Source: an uncultured Gammaproteobacteria bacterium (GTDB taxonomy: Bacteria; Patescibacteriota; Microgenomatia; CAZETR01; Amesbacteraceae). Taken from it: 64,000 nt of DNA. A model generated the notes under the pieces. That model did not search any database, was not told the origin of the DNA, and saw nothing but the letters and a program-made list of their open reading frames with translations. The translations under genes and the position numbers were made by a program. The first letter of the stretch is position 1. Every line of letters starts with the position of its first letter. This document shows positions 35,652-45,317 of the stretch, in pieces. Where the stretch lies: contig CAYHIN010000001.1 in assembly GCA_964356705.1 (NCBI GenBank), positions 3,066-67,065 on the forward strand. The letters run 5' to 3'.

Positions 35652-36069
35652 CGACTCAATTTCAATATTTACCGATGGCGGCTCTCGTGGCAATCCAGGT
35701 CCAGCAGCCAGCGCCTTTATCATCTACGACTCATCAAACACTACTCTTCATCAACATGGTTTTTACCTAGGGATAGCGACAAACAACCAAGCCGAATACC
35801 AAGCCGTCATAGAGGCACTGAAGTATATACGTGATACTTTATACGAAATACATAATACAAACTTCTATCTCGATTCCGAGCTCGTCGTCAAGCAGCTCAG
35901 AGGCGAATACAAGATCAAAGATCCAAATCTTCAAACCAAATCTCAAGAGATCAAAAATATCATTTTCCTTCTTCCTTCTAATTCAGTTCGTTTTACTCAC
36001 GTACCTCGTGAACAAAATTCCGCCGCCGACGCACTTGTAAACAAAACCCTCGATAGCTTGTCATCCTGA
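35644..36069 (+). CDS. rnhA: ribonuclease HI
   Basis: IFTDGGSRGNPGPAA...NNQAEYQAVIEAL...SAADALV. The stop codon lies inside a family E repeat. Confidence 0.85.
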   Translation: MTNDSISIFTDGGSRGNPGPAASAFIIYDSSNTTLHQHGFYLGIATNNQAEYQAVIEALKYIRDTLYEIHNTNFYLDSELVVKQLRGEYKIKDPNLQTKSQEIKNIIFLLPSNSVRFTHVPREQNSAADALVNKTLDSLSS

Positions 36070-36289
36070 CACTGAGCGAAGTCGAAGTGGAAGGACCCAG
36101 TCCTCATTAAGAAAAAGACATCAAATTCCCCGCGTTTCTTAGCCAGCGGTAGTTTCACGTTTTATGTACTGACATAAATAGAATTGATGCAGGCATAAAT
36201 CATCGACAGTTACAAAGCTAAGAAATTCGTAATGACACAATATATGTAGATCTTCTACATTTACCGCTACTTGGTATACAATCAATAGG

Positions 36290-38524
36290 ATGCCCAAATT
36301 GTTTCTAATTCCCGAAATTGAGTCCCAAAATATTCAAGTTTTTCTCAATATCGAGCACCATCCTTTAGCCATCGAAATCACAAACCAGCTCTCAAATCTC
36401 AAGCATGTTCAGCTCATAAAAAAATCATCAGACGCCGACGTCACTATTTATCTTGTAGGTTTTGATTCCCCTTCTCTTTCCGAGACCTTGTCCCACACCT
36501 CAGATCTCTATGAACATCTCAAGCAGGTCAAGTCAGATCATCACAAGTTCATTTTGGTGGTAAAAAACCCCGCGTCTCATTTGTCTCGAACGGCAATTAC
36601 TCTTACCAATCAGTTTGCTCACAACTATGACCTAAATCATGAGGTGTTCGAGTATGATCACACCGTCTCCACATCTCAATTGGCCGAGACCATTATTCGC
36701 AAATTTATATATGGACATTCGACCCCTCACCAAGAACCTCGGTCAAGCTCAATAAAGACACCTACTGCAAAAGCCATTCCCCTCGTTTCCAAGCCTCAAT
36801 ACATGATACTTAATACGTTATACCTAATACTCGCTCTTGCCACTCCTTGGCTACTTTCGATTCTATTGTTAGTCTTTATGTATCCACTCACCTCATGTCT
36901 TCACAGATACTCTGTATGTACTAGCGTGACCGACGTTAGTCTTTCAGCCTTTCGATATACTTCCCGACTTAGCCCTGGTTCTTCCGAGCTCGCCACTCAG
37001 ATCGGCCTTCCGCTGTCGCAGTACAAAGATCTCATCATTACTTTAAAAAAACTAGATCGTCTGACCACCAAATCGGCCAAGAGATCCTCCGCGTTTCTAG
37101 CCAGCCTCTTCACAACGAGACCTGCTCCTCAGACAGCAGAAATCACAGCTTCTCTAGAAGAGACCGACCATTTGCTAAATCAGGTTCAAGCCGACCTTAG
37201 GTCAATATATCTTGCCACACCCAATCACATAAGATCCTTCGAGAGTCTAGCCGTAGGCGCAGGGGAATCTCGCCACACTCTCAGTCTTCTTATCCCAAAC
37301 ATTACAAGTACATTGAGAAATTTCACCAGTGGCAAAAAAACTTATCTAGTGGCTTTGCAAGACAACTGGGAGCTCAGAGGCAGCGGGGGACTGATAGAAG
37401 CTTTTCTCAAAGTCGATATCTCACATGGCCAGATCGATCAGTTTCAGCCTTTTTCAACTCGCGATACAGATAAGCTTCTCACAGGCACTGTCACCACCCC
37501 AGCCGATTTTCAGGATCTGACCGACCAGACTCAATGGTACCTGCGCGACGCCTCATGGGATCCCAATATCTCATCCACGCTGACCAAGATTGCTTGGTTT
37601 GCCCAAAAAGAGCTCAACCAACCCTTCGATGGAGTCATCCTAGTGGATCTAAACACTCTCAAAGAGTTGGTCAGGATAATTGGCTCCGTCCAGGTGGGGG
37701 AGTCTAAAGTTCCAGTCACCGCCCAAAACTTTTCCGCGATATATCAGTCCCAACTAAATTCATCCGATGATTACAACAAATATCTCACCACTCTTCTGAG
37801 TGCCATCTTTGCCCAATTTAGTAATATGGACGATCTTAAATATCAAAAAGTAATTCAGCTTTTTTATACCCAAGTAGTCACTGGCCAGGTCTTCATCACC
37901 GGTCTCGCAGAAGGGGAGAAGGGGCTTCCGGAGTGTCGCAGTTTTCTGATATGTTCCGTAGACTATGCCTACCCCGTATCATCAAACATCACCGGTTCCA
38001 AGACCAATCTTTATCTGACCAGATCTCATACCGCCTCTGTTAGTCTTTCAGATTCCCAAAACACTTCTCTTCACACTTTTTCATATCGTTATTCACCTGA
38101 GGCAAATTCTTGGGTAGGCCAAAACCACCAAGAATACCTGCGGCTATATTTACCAGACGACGTGCTCTCGGACTATCAAGTTTCCATTGACGGAGTAGCC
38201 ATTCCAAAAGACTCGATACATATCGGAGTCTCCCAAGGGTCAAAATATTTAGGAGTCAGTTTCACAGTAAATAAGTTGCAAGATGTCAAAGTCCAATTTA
38301 GCTATCACACTCCCATGCCCAAGGCCAGCCAGTTCCACTATCAGCTCGACATTCCCAGCCAGCCCGGCGTAGTAGGGGACCAGGTAAAAGTAGAATTAAA
38401 CTATCCTCCTACTTGGGCCGCCTTAGTAGACAAAGTCGCCTCAGTTGCTGATGCTGGCCGTCTCGAGTATAATTACGCCCATCCCGAGAAGTTCCAGCTC
38501 AATATTGATTTCACAAAACCTTAA
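36290..38524 (+). CDS. large hypothetical protein with internal TM (possibly DUF4012-like)
   Basis: 744 aa with a TM around aa 185-205. Contains a family D repeat insertion. Confidence 0.5.
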   Translation: MPKLFLIPEIESQNIQVFLNIEHHPLAIEITNQLSNLKHVQLIKKSSDADVTIYLVGFDSPSLSETLSHTSDLYEHLKQVKSDHHKFILVVKNPASHLSRTAITLTNQFAHNYDLNHEVFEYDHTVSTSQLAETIIRKFIYGHSTPHQEPRSSSIKTPTAKAIPLVSKPQYMILNTLYLILALATPWLLSILLLVFMYPLTSCLHRYSVCTSVTDVSLSAFRYTSRLSPGSSELATQIGLPLSQYKDLIITLKKLDRLTTKSAKRSSAFLASLFTTRPAPQTAEITASLEETDHLLNQVQADLRSIYLATPNHIRSFESLAVGAGESRHTLSLLIPNITSTLRNFTSGKKTYLVALQDNWELRGSGGLIEAFLKVDISHGQIDQFQPFSTRDTDKLLTGTVTTPADFQDLTDQTQWYLRDASWDPNISSTLTKIAWFAQKELNQPFDGVILVDLNTLKELVRIIGSVQVGESKVPVTAQNFSAIYQSQLNSSDDYNKYLTTLLSAIFAQFSNMDDLKYQKVIQLFYTQVVTGQVFITGLAEGEKGLPECRSFLICSVDYAYPVSSNITGSKTNLYLTRSHTASVSLSDSQNTSLHTFSYRYSPEANSWVGQNHQEYLRLYLPDDVLSDYQVSIDGVAIPKDSIHIGVSQGSKYLGVSFTVNKLQDVKVQFSYHTPMPKASQFHYQLDIPSQPGVVGDQVKVELNYPPTWAALVDKVASVADAGRLEYNYAHPEKFQLNIDFTKP

Positions 38525-38542
38525 ATCGAAACACAATCACAA

Positions 38543-39223
38543 ATGGACAAACACATTATCCCAGTTCAAGCTCGCACGATTACTGGTCGTGGTGTAAAAC
38601 AACTCCGTGCGGCAGGGTTAGTCCCAGCTCATATCTTTGGAAAAAACCTGGAATCTATTTCTATTCAGCTCAACTCCAAAGACTTCTCAAAGCTGTTCAA
38701 AAAAGTCGGAGAGTCAGCTCTTTTTTACCTTCAGCTTGAGGACAACAAGTCAGAGCTTCCAGTCCTAGTCAAAGAAGTCATGGTCCACCCCGTCTCCGGC
38801 CAATTACTCCACATCTCCTTTTACCAAGTAGATCTCAAGACAAAAGTTACCACCAAAGTCCCAGTCGAATTAGTAGGGGAGTCGGCAGCCCAAAAAGACG
38901 GCACCGGTGTCTTGGTCCAGCAGTTAGACGCCATCGAGATAGAAGCTCTCCCGACCGACATTCCCGAGAAGATTCAGCTCGACATAACCGGTCTCTCCGA
39001 GGTTGGTTCATCTCTCCATGTCAGTGACATCTCAGTCAACACTTCCAAAGTCACTATTCTGACCGAAGCCGATGCCCTTATCGTTCAGATCTCAGCTCTC
39101 GCCAAAGAAGAAGTAGCCGAACCAGTAGCTCCCGCCGAAGGGGCTGAAGGTGAAGCCGCAGCTCCAGCTGAAGGCGAAGCCGCAGCTACTGAAGAATCCA
39201 AGTCAGAAGAAAAATCTGAATAA
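38543..39223 (+). CDS. rplY: 50S ribosomal protein L25 / general stress protein Ctc
   Basis: MDKHIIPVQARTITGRGVKQLRAAGLVPAHIFG... with an acidic Ala/Glu-rich tail. Confidence 0.85.
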   Translation: MDKHIIPVQARTITGRGVKQLRAAGLVPAHIFGKNLESISIQLNSKDFSKLFKKVGESALFYLQLEDNKSELPVLVKEVMVHPVSGQLLHISFYQVDLKTKVTTKVPVELVGESAAQKDGTGVLVQQLDAIEIEALPTDIPEKIQLDITGLSEVGSSLHVSDISVNTSKVTILTEADALIVQISALAKEEVAEPVAPAEGAEGEAAAPAEGEAAATEESKSEEKSE

Positions 39224-39262
39224 CCACTTCTTGTCATCCTGAGGCGCACCGAAGGATCCAGT

Positions 39263-41410
39263 TTATTTACTTGGCCACTTACTCGTTATCAACATCTCTT
39301 TCTCTCCTAGTTCACTCCATATAGCTTCCGTCACAAACGGCATAAACGGATGAACCAATTTCAAAAATGTTTTCAGTCCTTTTGAGAGTGCAGCGGCCGA
39401 TACTTGTCCATCCCTTTGCAAATTAATCTGCTTATCACAAAACCAGTGCCAAAACTCTTCGTAGACCGTTTCTGCCGCTTGTCCGATTCGATATTTTTCT
39501 AGATCACTCGTTACTTTTTTGACCACTTCATTCACATAGTTTTCAAACTCCAGGTCCAATGGCGCATTTAGATTTTCCGTCTTCATCATCTCCACATATC
39601 TCGCTGAATTCCACATCTTGTTACTAAAGTTTCTATATCCTCTTATTCTCTCTTCCATTTGTTGCTTGGAGATAAGTAGATCATTCCCATTGTCTCTTCC
39701 AGCCGAGATTCCCATTCGCACGGCATCCGCGCCATATTTCTCTATTGCCTCATTTGGATTCACCCCATTACCCTTAGATTTGCTCATCTTTGCACCAGTA
39801 TTATCTCTCAAGACCCCATTGATCAGGGCGGTTTCAAATGGCACCTCTCCGGTCAGATATAGTCCAAACATAATCATGCGGGCCACCCACAAAAACAGGA
39901 TTTCATAAGCCGTGTTCATGACCGTCGTAGGGTAAAACTTTTCAAAGTCTCTCACACCTGAAGTTTTGAGGGTATTTATTGGCCATTGGCCAGAAGAAAA
40001 CCAAGTGTCAAAAGTATCTGGGTCCTGTATTACCTCGTCACCCTCCGGTTTTTCGATAGAAACAATAGGGGACTCTAGTGCGTCTGTTCGAGCCCTGGTA
40101 TCACCATTTTTCAGCTTTTCCCATTCTGAGAGTTGATCACCAGTCAGTTGGTCGCTTTTTCGATACCACACCGGCAGTTGGTGTCCCCACCAGATTTGTC
40201 TCGAGATGGGCCAGTCTCGGATGCTTCTCATCCAGTTAAAGTACATTTTTTCGTATTTTTCAGGAGTTATTTTTATTCTACCTTCTTCGACAGCTGCGAT
40301 TGCCGGCTCTGCCAGTTTCTTAGTCGAGATAAACCATTGTCTGGACACCAGTGGTTCGATCACGGTTCCGCACCTCTCACAGGTCGCCGCCGCATGCACA
40401 TAATTCTCATCTATCCTTTCGATCAAACCAAGGGTTGTCAGGTCGGACACAACCACCTCTCTGGCTTCTTTGGTCTTCATGCCAGCATATTTGCCAGCCT
40501 CTTTTGTCATCCGTCCGTCAAAGTCCACCGCTTGGTTGATAGGCAGTCCCAGTTTTTGCGCCACTTCAAAATCCGTCATGTCATGCGCTGGAGTCATCTT
40601 GACGACACCCGTACCAAATCCAGGTTCCACAAATTCTTCCCCGATTATTTCCATCTCTGCCCCAGTCAGGGGGTTCTTCACCGTCTTTCCAACCAGATGG
40701 TTATTCTTTTTATCTTTAGGATTTACAGCCAAGTGAGTATCCACCCAGATTGGTTCAGGTCTGGTTGTAGCCACCACCACACATCCCTCTTCCCAGGTTT
40801 TGGGATATCGTACATAGTACAGTTTTGTCGTCTGTTCATTGTGTTCTAGTTCTACGTCGGCCAGGGTGCTTCTACACCTAGGACACCAGTTGACGATTCT
40901 ATAGCCTCGGTATACTAGCCCATCTTTATGCATCTTTATAAAAGTTTCATAGACTAGGTCTGAGATCTGTGGGTCTAGAGTAAATTTTTCGCGAGACCAG
41001 TCACAAGAGGCTCCCAAGCCCTTCATCTGGTTCTCCATACTCACTTTGCAATCTATCGCAAACTCATAGCATCGTTTATAAAACTCGTCTCGTCCCAGAT
41101 CGTGTCGAGATTTTTTTTCATCTTTGAGCAACTTTTTCTCAAAAGTTACTTGGGTTTGAATACCAGCATGATCCACACCCGGCAGCCACAAAGTCGGGGA
41201 GCCGTTCATTCTTTTATAACGGATCAAGATATCAGATATCGCAATAAATGTGGCATGTCCCAAGTGCAGTTCTCCGTTCGCATTTGGTGGCGGCATGATA
41301 ATACTAAAAGGCTTTCCCTCGCCCTTAGGCTCAAAAGCCCCAGATTTCATCCACTTCTCGTAGATATCCTTTTCGTATTTCTGATGTTCGTATGCTTTAT
41401 CCATAATCAA
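39263..41410 (-). CDS. valS: valine--tRNA ligase (short form lacking C-terminal coiled coil)
   Basis: HIGH motif PPPNANGELHLGHA and KMSKS motif KMSKSKGN. Confidence 0.7.
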   Translation of the reverse strand: MIMDKAYEHQKYEKDIYEKWMKSGAFEPKGEGKPFSIIMPPPNANGELHLGHATFIAISDILIRYKRMNGSPTLWLPGVDHAGIQTQVTFEKKLLKDEKKSRHDLGRDEFYKRCYEFAIDCKVSMENQMKGLGASCDWSREKFTLDPQISDLVYETFIKMHKDGLVYRGYRIVNWCPRCRSTLADVELEHNEQTTKLYYVRYPKTWEEGCVVVATTRPEPIWVDTHLAVNPKDKKNNHLVGKTVKNPLTGAEMEIIGEEFVEPGFGTGVVKMTPAHDMTDFEVAQKLGLPINQAVDFDGRMTKEAGKYAGMKTKEAREVVVSDLTTLGLIERIDENYVHAAATCERCGTVIEPLVSRQWFISTKKLAEPAIAAVEEGRIKITPEKYEKMYFNWMRSIRDWPISRQIWWGHQLPVWYRKSDQLTGDQLSEWEKLKNGDTRARTDALESPIVSIEKPEGDEVIQDPDTFDTWFSSGQWPINTLKTSGVRDFEKFYPTTVMNTAYEILFLWVARMIMFGLYLTGEVPFETALINGVLRDNTGAKMSKSKGNGVNPNEAIEKYGADAVRMGISAGRDNGNDLLISKQQMEERIRGYRNFSNKMWNSARYVEMMKTENLNAPLDLEFENYVNEVVKKVTSDLEKYRIGQAAETVYEEFWHWFCDKQINLQRDGQVSAAALSKGLKTFLKLVHPFMPFVTEAIWSELGEKEMLITSKWPSK

Positions 41411-41533
41411 TTAAATTTGTTTCGCATGATTAACTTCTTTAAAAAGCGGGCAAATTTAATATACATCGTTTTGTGTGCAAAACGACAAGTATATGAGAAA
41501 TTGCACACTAATTTCTCATATCATAAAAAACAA

Positions 41534-41572
41534 AAAACCCCGTTAACTAACGGGGTTGCGGCTTCGCCTCGC
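41534..41572 (-). terminator. rho-independent terminator (minus strand)
   Basis: 7-bp GC-rich stem AACCCCG/CGGGGTT with an 8-nt loop, followed on the minus strand by TTTTTTGTTTTTT. Confidence 0.5.
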
Positions 41573-41729
41573 CGTAGCTTCATGCGTAGGCGGGACTAGA
41601 GATACCACCTCAACCAATACTTAATTTCGATTTGGCTCCTCGGTGACAAGTCGGATCGTAGCCTACTACACAAATTATACACCAAGGACTATTTACAATT
41701 TCCACTAGTCGGAGTAAAACAGATTAGAG

Positions 41730-42329
41730 ATGAATATCAAAGTCATAGTCGCAATTGCCATAGCCCTAGCTCTTCTGGGCGGCGGAGCCTTCTTTGTTCT
41801 CAGAAAGCCCGCGTCTACTGACAACCAACAACTTACAACTGACAACTCTCAGCCCAGCTCTCCTCAGTCACTCCGCGATTTGTTCGCCTCCGCAGTCGCC
41901 CAGACCTGTACTTTCTCAGATGCAGAGTCAAATTCAGCCGGCACAGTCTATGTCAGCGAAGGCTTGGTCAGAGGTGACTTCGAAGTAAAATCCGGCGAGA
42001 CCGTGACTACCAATCACATGATCATGTCAGACAACACTATCCACTTCTGGCAAAACGGCTCCACCGAAGGCTTCAAGATGGCCCTCGTTCTCCCTTCCGG
42101 CACGGAAGTAGATTCCACCACCACGGCCACAAATCAGGTAGATCTAGATAAAGAAGTAGATTACTCTTGCTCAGTTTGGGTTGCAGATCAGAGCAAATTC
42201 ACGCTACCGGCTGACGTGACCTTTACCGATCCCTCAGCCATGATGAAAGGCGTAGATTGTTCCGCCTGTGATTCAGTGCCAGAAGGTACAGCTCGCACCC
42301 AATGCCTCACCGCTCTCAAGTGTAACTAG
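41730..42329 (+). CDS. secreted/membrane-anchored hypothetical protein
   Basis: N-terminal TM/signal, 199 aa, 5 Cys. Confidence 0.45.
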   Translation: MNIKVIVAIAIALALLGGGAFFVLRKPASTDNQQLTTDNSQPSSPQSLRDLFASAVAQTCTFSDAESNSAGTVYVSEGLVRGDFEVKSGETVTTNHMIMSDNTIHFWQNGSTEGFKMALVLPSGTEVDSTTTATNQVDLDKEVDYSCSVWVADQSKFTLPADVTFTDPSAMMKGVDCSACDSVPEGTARTQCLTALKCN

Positions 42330-43386
42330 CATCCACTCTCCACCTTGGCATCCTGTCGATATCTTCAGACTTTGCATATTCGCCTCGTTCCGCTTTAAAT
42401 CCCGCCACGACCCCGATCATGGCTGCATTATCAGTGCACAGCATCATATTCTCTGGAAACCTTACACTTACACCTATCTCACTACCCATTTCACACAACT
42501 TATCCCTAAGCATCATATTGGCCGCCACTCCACCCCCGACCAACAGGTCATTTATCCTTAGCGCTTCGCGCTTAGCACTTAGCACTTTACTTGTAATCCT
42601 CACCACATGCTTAAACACCATCGCTTGAAATGATGCCGCCAAATCCTGTTTCTGTTCCTGAGTCAGTATAGTGTCATCCTGAGCTTGCGAAGGATCCAGA
42701 GATTTAACTAGTCTATAAAACGCGGCCTTAAGTCCCGAATAGCTAAATCTATTATCTTCTTTTCCAGCCATAGGCAAGGGGAGGGGATATTTTTTCGGAT
42801 TTCCAAGTAGCGCCAGTTTTTCAAAAGCTGCTCCCCCCGGGTAGGGCAGTCCCAGCATCCGCGCGGCTTTATCGAGTGCTTCGCCTATGTTGTCATCCAG
42901 GCTCTCAGCCAGTATTTTATATTTCCCAATTTCTTTGATTTCAATTACTTGTGTATGCCCACCCGATATCACCAGCGCCGCACACGGAAAGCTCACGTCA
43001 TCCTGAGGCGCACCGAAGGATCCAGTTTTAATCATCGCACTGAGGGCGTGCCCCTCGATGTGATTGACTGCAATCAGTGGTTTACTATATTTAGCCGCCA
43101 GCTCTTTGGCCTTTGCAATTCCCACACCCAGTGCAATTCCCAGTCCCGGTCCCTGGGTTACCGCTACGACATCAATATCATCCATTGTCATTTGTGCATC
43201 GTCCATTGCTTTTTCGATCACCCAATCAATATTTTTCTCATGATCCCGCTTGGCGAGAGAGGGGACCATCCCGCCCCACTGTCCATGAATTTCTTGTGTG
43301 ATTCGCACTGATGAGATAACGTTGAGTCCCTCAGTCACCGCAGCAGCCGTTTCATCTGCCGAGGTCTCCACTGCAAGTATTCTCAT
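42316..43386 (-). CDS. tsaD: tRNA N6-adenosine threonylcarbamoyltransferase TsaD
   Basis: MRILAVETSADETAAAV... Kae1/TsaD family. Carries three in-frame repeat insertions (families C and E). Confidence 0.9.
   Translation of the reverse strand: MRILAVETSADETAAAVTEGLNVISSVRITQEIHGQWGGMVPSLAKRDHEKNIDWVIEKAMDDAQMTMDDIDVVAVTQGPGLGIALGVGIAKAKELAAKYSKPLIAVNHIEGHALSAMIKTGSFGAPQDDVSFPCAALVISGGHTQVIEIKEIGKYKILAESLDDNIGEALDKAARMLGLPYPGGAAFEKLALLGNPKKYPLPLPMAGKEDNRFSYSGLKAAFYRLVKSLDPSQAQDDTILTQEQKQDLAASFQAMVFKHVVRITSKVLSAKREALRINDLLVGGGVAANMMLRDKLCEMGSEIGVSVRFPENMMLCTDNAAMIGVVAGFKAERGEYAKSEDIDRMPRWRVDASYT
42556..42590. repeat. heptamer-tandem element family C (CTTAGCG/CTTCGCG/CTTAGCA units) inside tsaD
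   Basis: Copies at 9767-9800 and 15226-15280 (intergenic), and 35494-35530 (coding). Confidence 0.7.
42997..43025. repeat. palindromic element family E (GTCATCCTGAG-N8-10-GAAGGATCCAG)
   Basis: Copies at 21965-21985 (partial), 34438-34465, 36060-36100, 39233-39261 and 42673-42699. The 39233 and 42997 copies are identical over 32 nt. Confidence 0.8.
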
Positions 43387-44012
43387 TTTTTAACCTCGCT
43401 GTCATAAGCATCTAAAAGAATTCTCGGAACGTATCTAAACACCGTTCTTCCGTCCTCCACTAAGTTGTCAATTTTTACCAACTCTATACCCCTAGAAATT
43501 ACCGGATGTTGCTGGTTATTTATCCAAAAGGTTTGATCATTAAACACAGCAGTTGCATCGGCCATCTGCTGTCCGTGCTTGGTAGCAAATTGCCTCATCT
43601 CTTCGCTATAACCTCTTTTCCGTTTGTGCCAATTGGGAATTAATACTCGAATTTCAGCAGGTTCACCAATTCCATCTCCTGTCTCGATTGTTGAAAATCC
43701 TTGTGTCGTATCCCTACCAATTTTTTTCTGCCCAATTCGATCTTCTTCCGTAATGCAAGACATTCCAGGGTAACCTGTCTCCACAGTCATTGACGGCTGG
43801 TTTAGCACATCTCTTCTAGCTCCTTGCCATTCGGCTCTCGCCAAATTTGTTCCATGATGCAAAACCGTCCACCCTTCCGGAACAGCCCACTGCCTTTTTT
43901 TATGAGTCTCCGTTTCATCACTTGGTCTAAAATTTCTGTGAAGAGCGTAGTCATTGCTCTTCGTAGCCAAGTCTGGGACTTCCTTTACTTCCGTTACCTC
44001 AGATACATCCAT
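43383..44012 (-). CDS. hypothetical protein
   Basis: 209-aa ORF, 4-nt overlap with tsaD. Confidence 0.45.
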   Translation of the reverse strand: MDVSEVTEVKEVPDLATKSNDYALHRNFRPSDETETHKKRQWAVPEGWTVLHHGTNLARAEWQGARRDVLNQPSMTVETGYPGMSCITEEDRIGQKKIGRDTTQGFSTIETGDGIGEPAEIRVLIPNWHKRKRGYSEEMRQFATKHGQQMADATAVFNDQTFWINNQQHPVISRGIELVKIDNLVEDGRTVFRYVPRILLDAYDSEVKK

Positions 44013-44050
44013 TTCTCAATTTTACCAGTCACTGAGGCTATAATCAGCTT

Positions 44051-44668
44051 ATGGCTAATTTTCAGGTCTCTCCCAAGTACATTACTGTCGACGGCCCAGA
44101 CGGCGTAGGCACAAGTACGGTAGGTGCAGCGCTCAAAGCAGAGCTGGAGGCTCAAGCAAAAAAGGTGTTTTTAATCGAAGTCCCACATGAGATCACGTCT
44201 CTTGAGCAGAGGGAGCTAGACAGGATTTCTGATCAATCAAGTCCAGAGGTAAACCTGGGTTATCTCACAGTCACTGCTCGTGTTTATACTGATCAGATAA
44301 TTCCAGCTTTAAGCAGTTACGATTTCGTCATTGCCGTGGGCTCTGAGCTAAAAAACCTATTCTGGGCCATCTTGGATGGTAACCAAACAACTGTCTTCGC
44401 AGAGATTCAGACAGGGGAGGCGACACACAATTTATTACCCTTCTTGCGCATCTTAGTCACCGCGCCATCAGAGACAATTTCAGAAAATCTTTCCAAGCGC
44501 AAAAATCTAAGTGCCGTCGATCCCAGGCCAGAGGAGTTACAAAAAATCCAATCTCGTATAGACGCCTCTATCCAGGCTGCAAATCTGTTAGCAGGTTTAC
44601 ACCCTAACTCTCGTCTCGAGATAGTTCACAATCACCCCCCCGTCCCACCCACCTTGCCAAGGGTCTGA
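44051..44668 (+). CDS. thymidylate kinase-like P-loop protein (P-loop Lys replaced: GPDGVGTST)
   Basis: ITVDGPDGVGTST resembles Tmk IxxEGxDGxGKST. Confidence 0.4.
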   Translation: MANFQVSPKYITVDGPDGVGTSTVGAALKAELEAQAKKVFLIEVPHEITSLEQRELDRISDQSSPEVNLGYLTVTARVYTDQIIPALSSYDFVIAVGSELKNLFWAILDGNQTTVFAEIQTGEATHNLLPFLRILVTAPSETISENLSKRKNLSAVDPRPEELQKIQSRIDASIQAANLLAGLHPNSRLEIVHNHPPVPPTLPRV

Positions 44669-44669
44669 T

Positions 44670-45317
44670 TCATTTCTTACTGCCATCCACGAGCCAATAG
44701 TTACACGAAAAAACATGAGGTTGTGTCACCTCAAGCACTTCTTCTTCCGGGACTACCCCTTTTACAAATTTCATATAATATCCTCGAAACGCTTCTTCGA
44801 TCTCCTTCTTTCCTGATTCCAAGGTATATCTGGGTTCCACTGGATTAAATCTCAGATCTCCGTTTGGCATGACTCGTCGAATGTCCGTTGCCAAATCAAT
44901 CAACAATCTTCCTCCTTGTTTAGTTACTCTGGTTATTTCTGAAGCTATCTTCCCCATCGTCTCTTTTGGAAAAAGATGCAAAGTTCCAGTACAAAATACT
45001 CCATCAAAAGTCTCATCTGAGAAGGGAAACTGTGAGTCAATGTCAAACACAGCTGGTTCAAGCATGACTCTTTGGTTCTCAGGAGTTAGCATTATAAGTT
45101 TATCCAGTGCCGTTCGATCTATGTCATTCACAACTATCCGATCGGCATTCCTGAGCAAAAAACCCATATATCTGCCATCACCGGCTGCCAGGTTTAGCCA
45201 TTTACCAGTCAGTTCAGTCTTCTCCAAATACTTGTTTGTATCTTCGTCTCCTGTACCCCAAATAGGATCATTACTAGTCTTCCCATAATCAATTTTTTCA
45301 CGAAAGTCGTAGCTCAT
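44670..45317 (-). CDS. class I SAM-dependent methyltransferase
   Basis: LNLAAGDGRYMGFL (motif I) ... IVVNDID. Confidence 0.65.
   Translation of the reverse strand: MSYDFREKIDYGKTSNDPIWGTGDEDTNKYLEKTELTGKWLNLAAGDGRYMGFLLRNADRIVVNDIDRTALDKLIMLTPENQRVMLEPAVFDIDSQFPFSDETFDGVFCTGTLHLFPKETMGKIASEITRVTKQGGRLLIDLATDIRRVMPNGDLRFNPVEPRYTLESGKKEIEEAFRGYYMKFVKGVVPEEEVLEVTQPHVFSCNYWLVDGSKK

Noticed and set aside
2208-36830. Heptamer/9-mer tandem arrays as CRISPR
   Set aside because: Units are 7-9 nt with no spacers and arrays are only 20-45 nt. Most lie inside coding sequence, and there are no cas genes.
41573-41700. tRNA or SRP RNA upstream of the orphan terminator
   Set aside because: No cloverleaf, T-loop or SRP domain IV GNRA motif was recognisable. 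Kept only as a possible unclassified sRNA.
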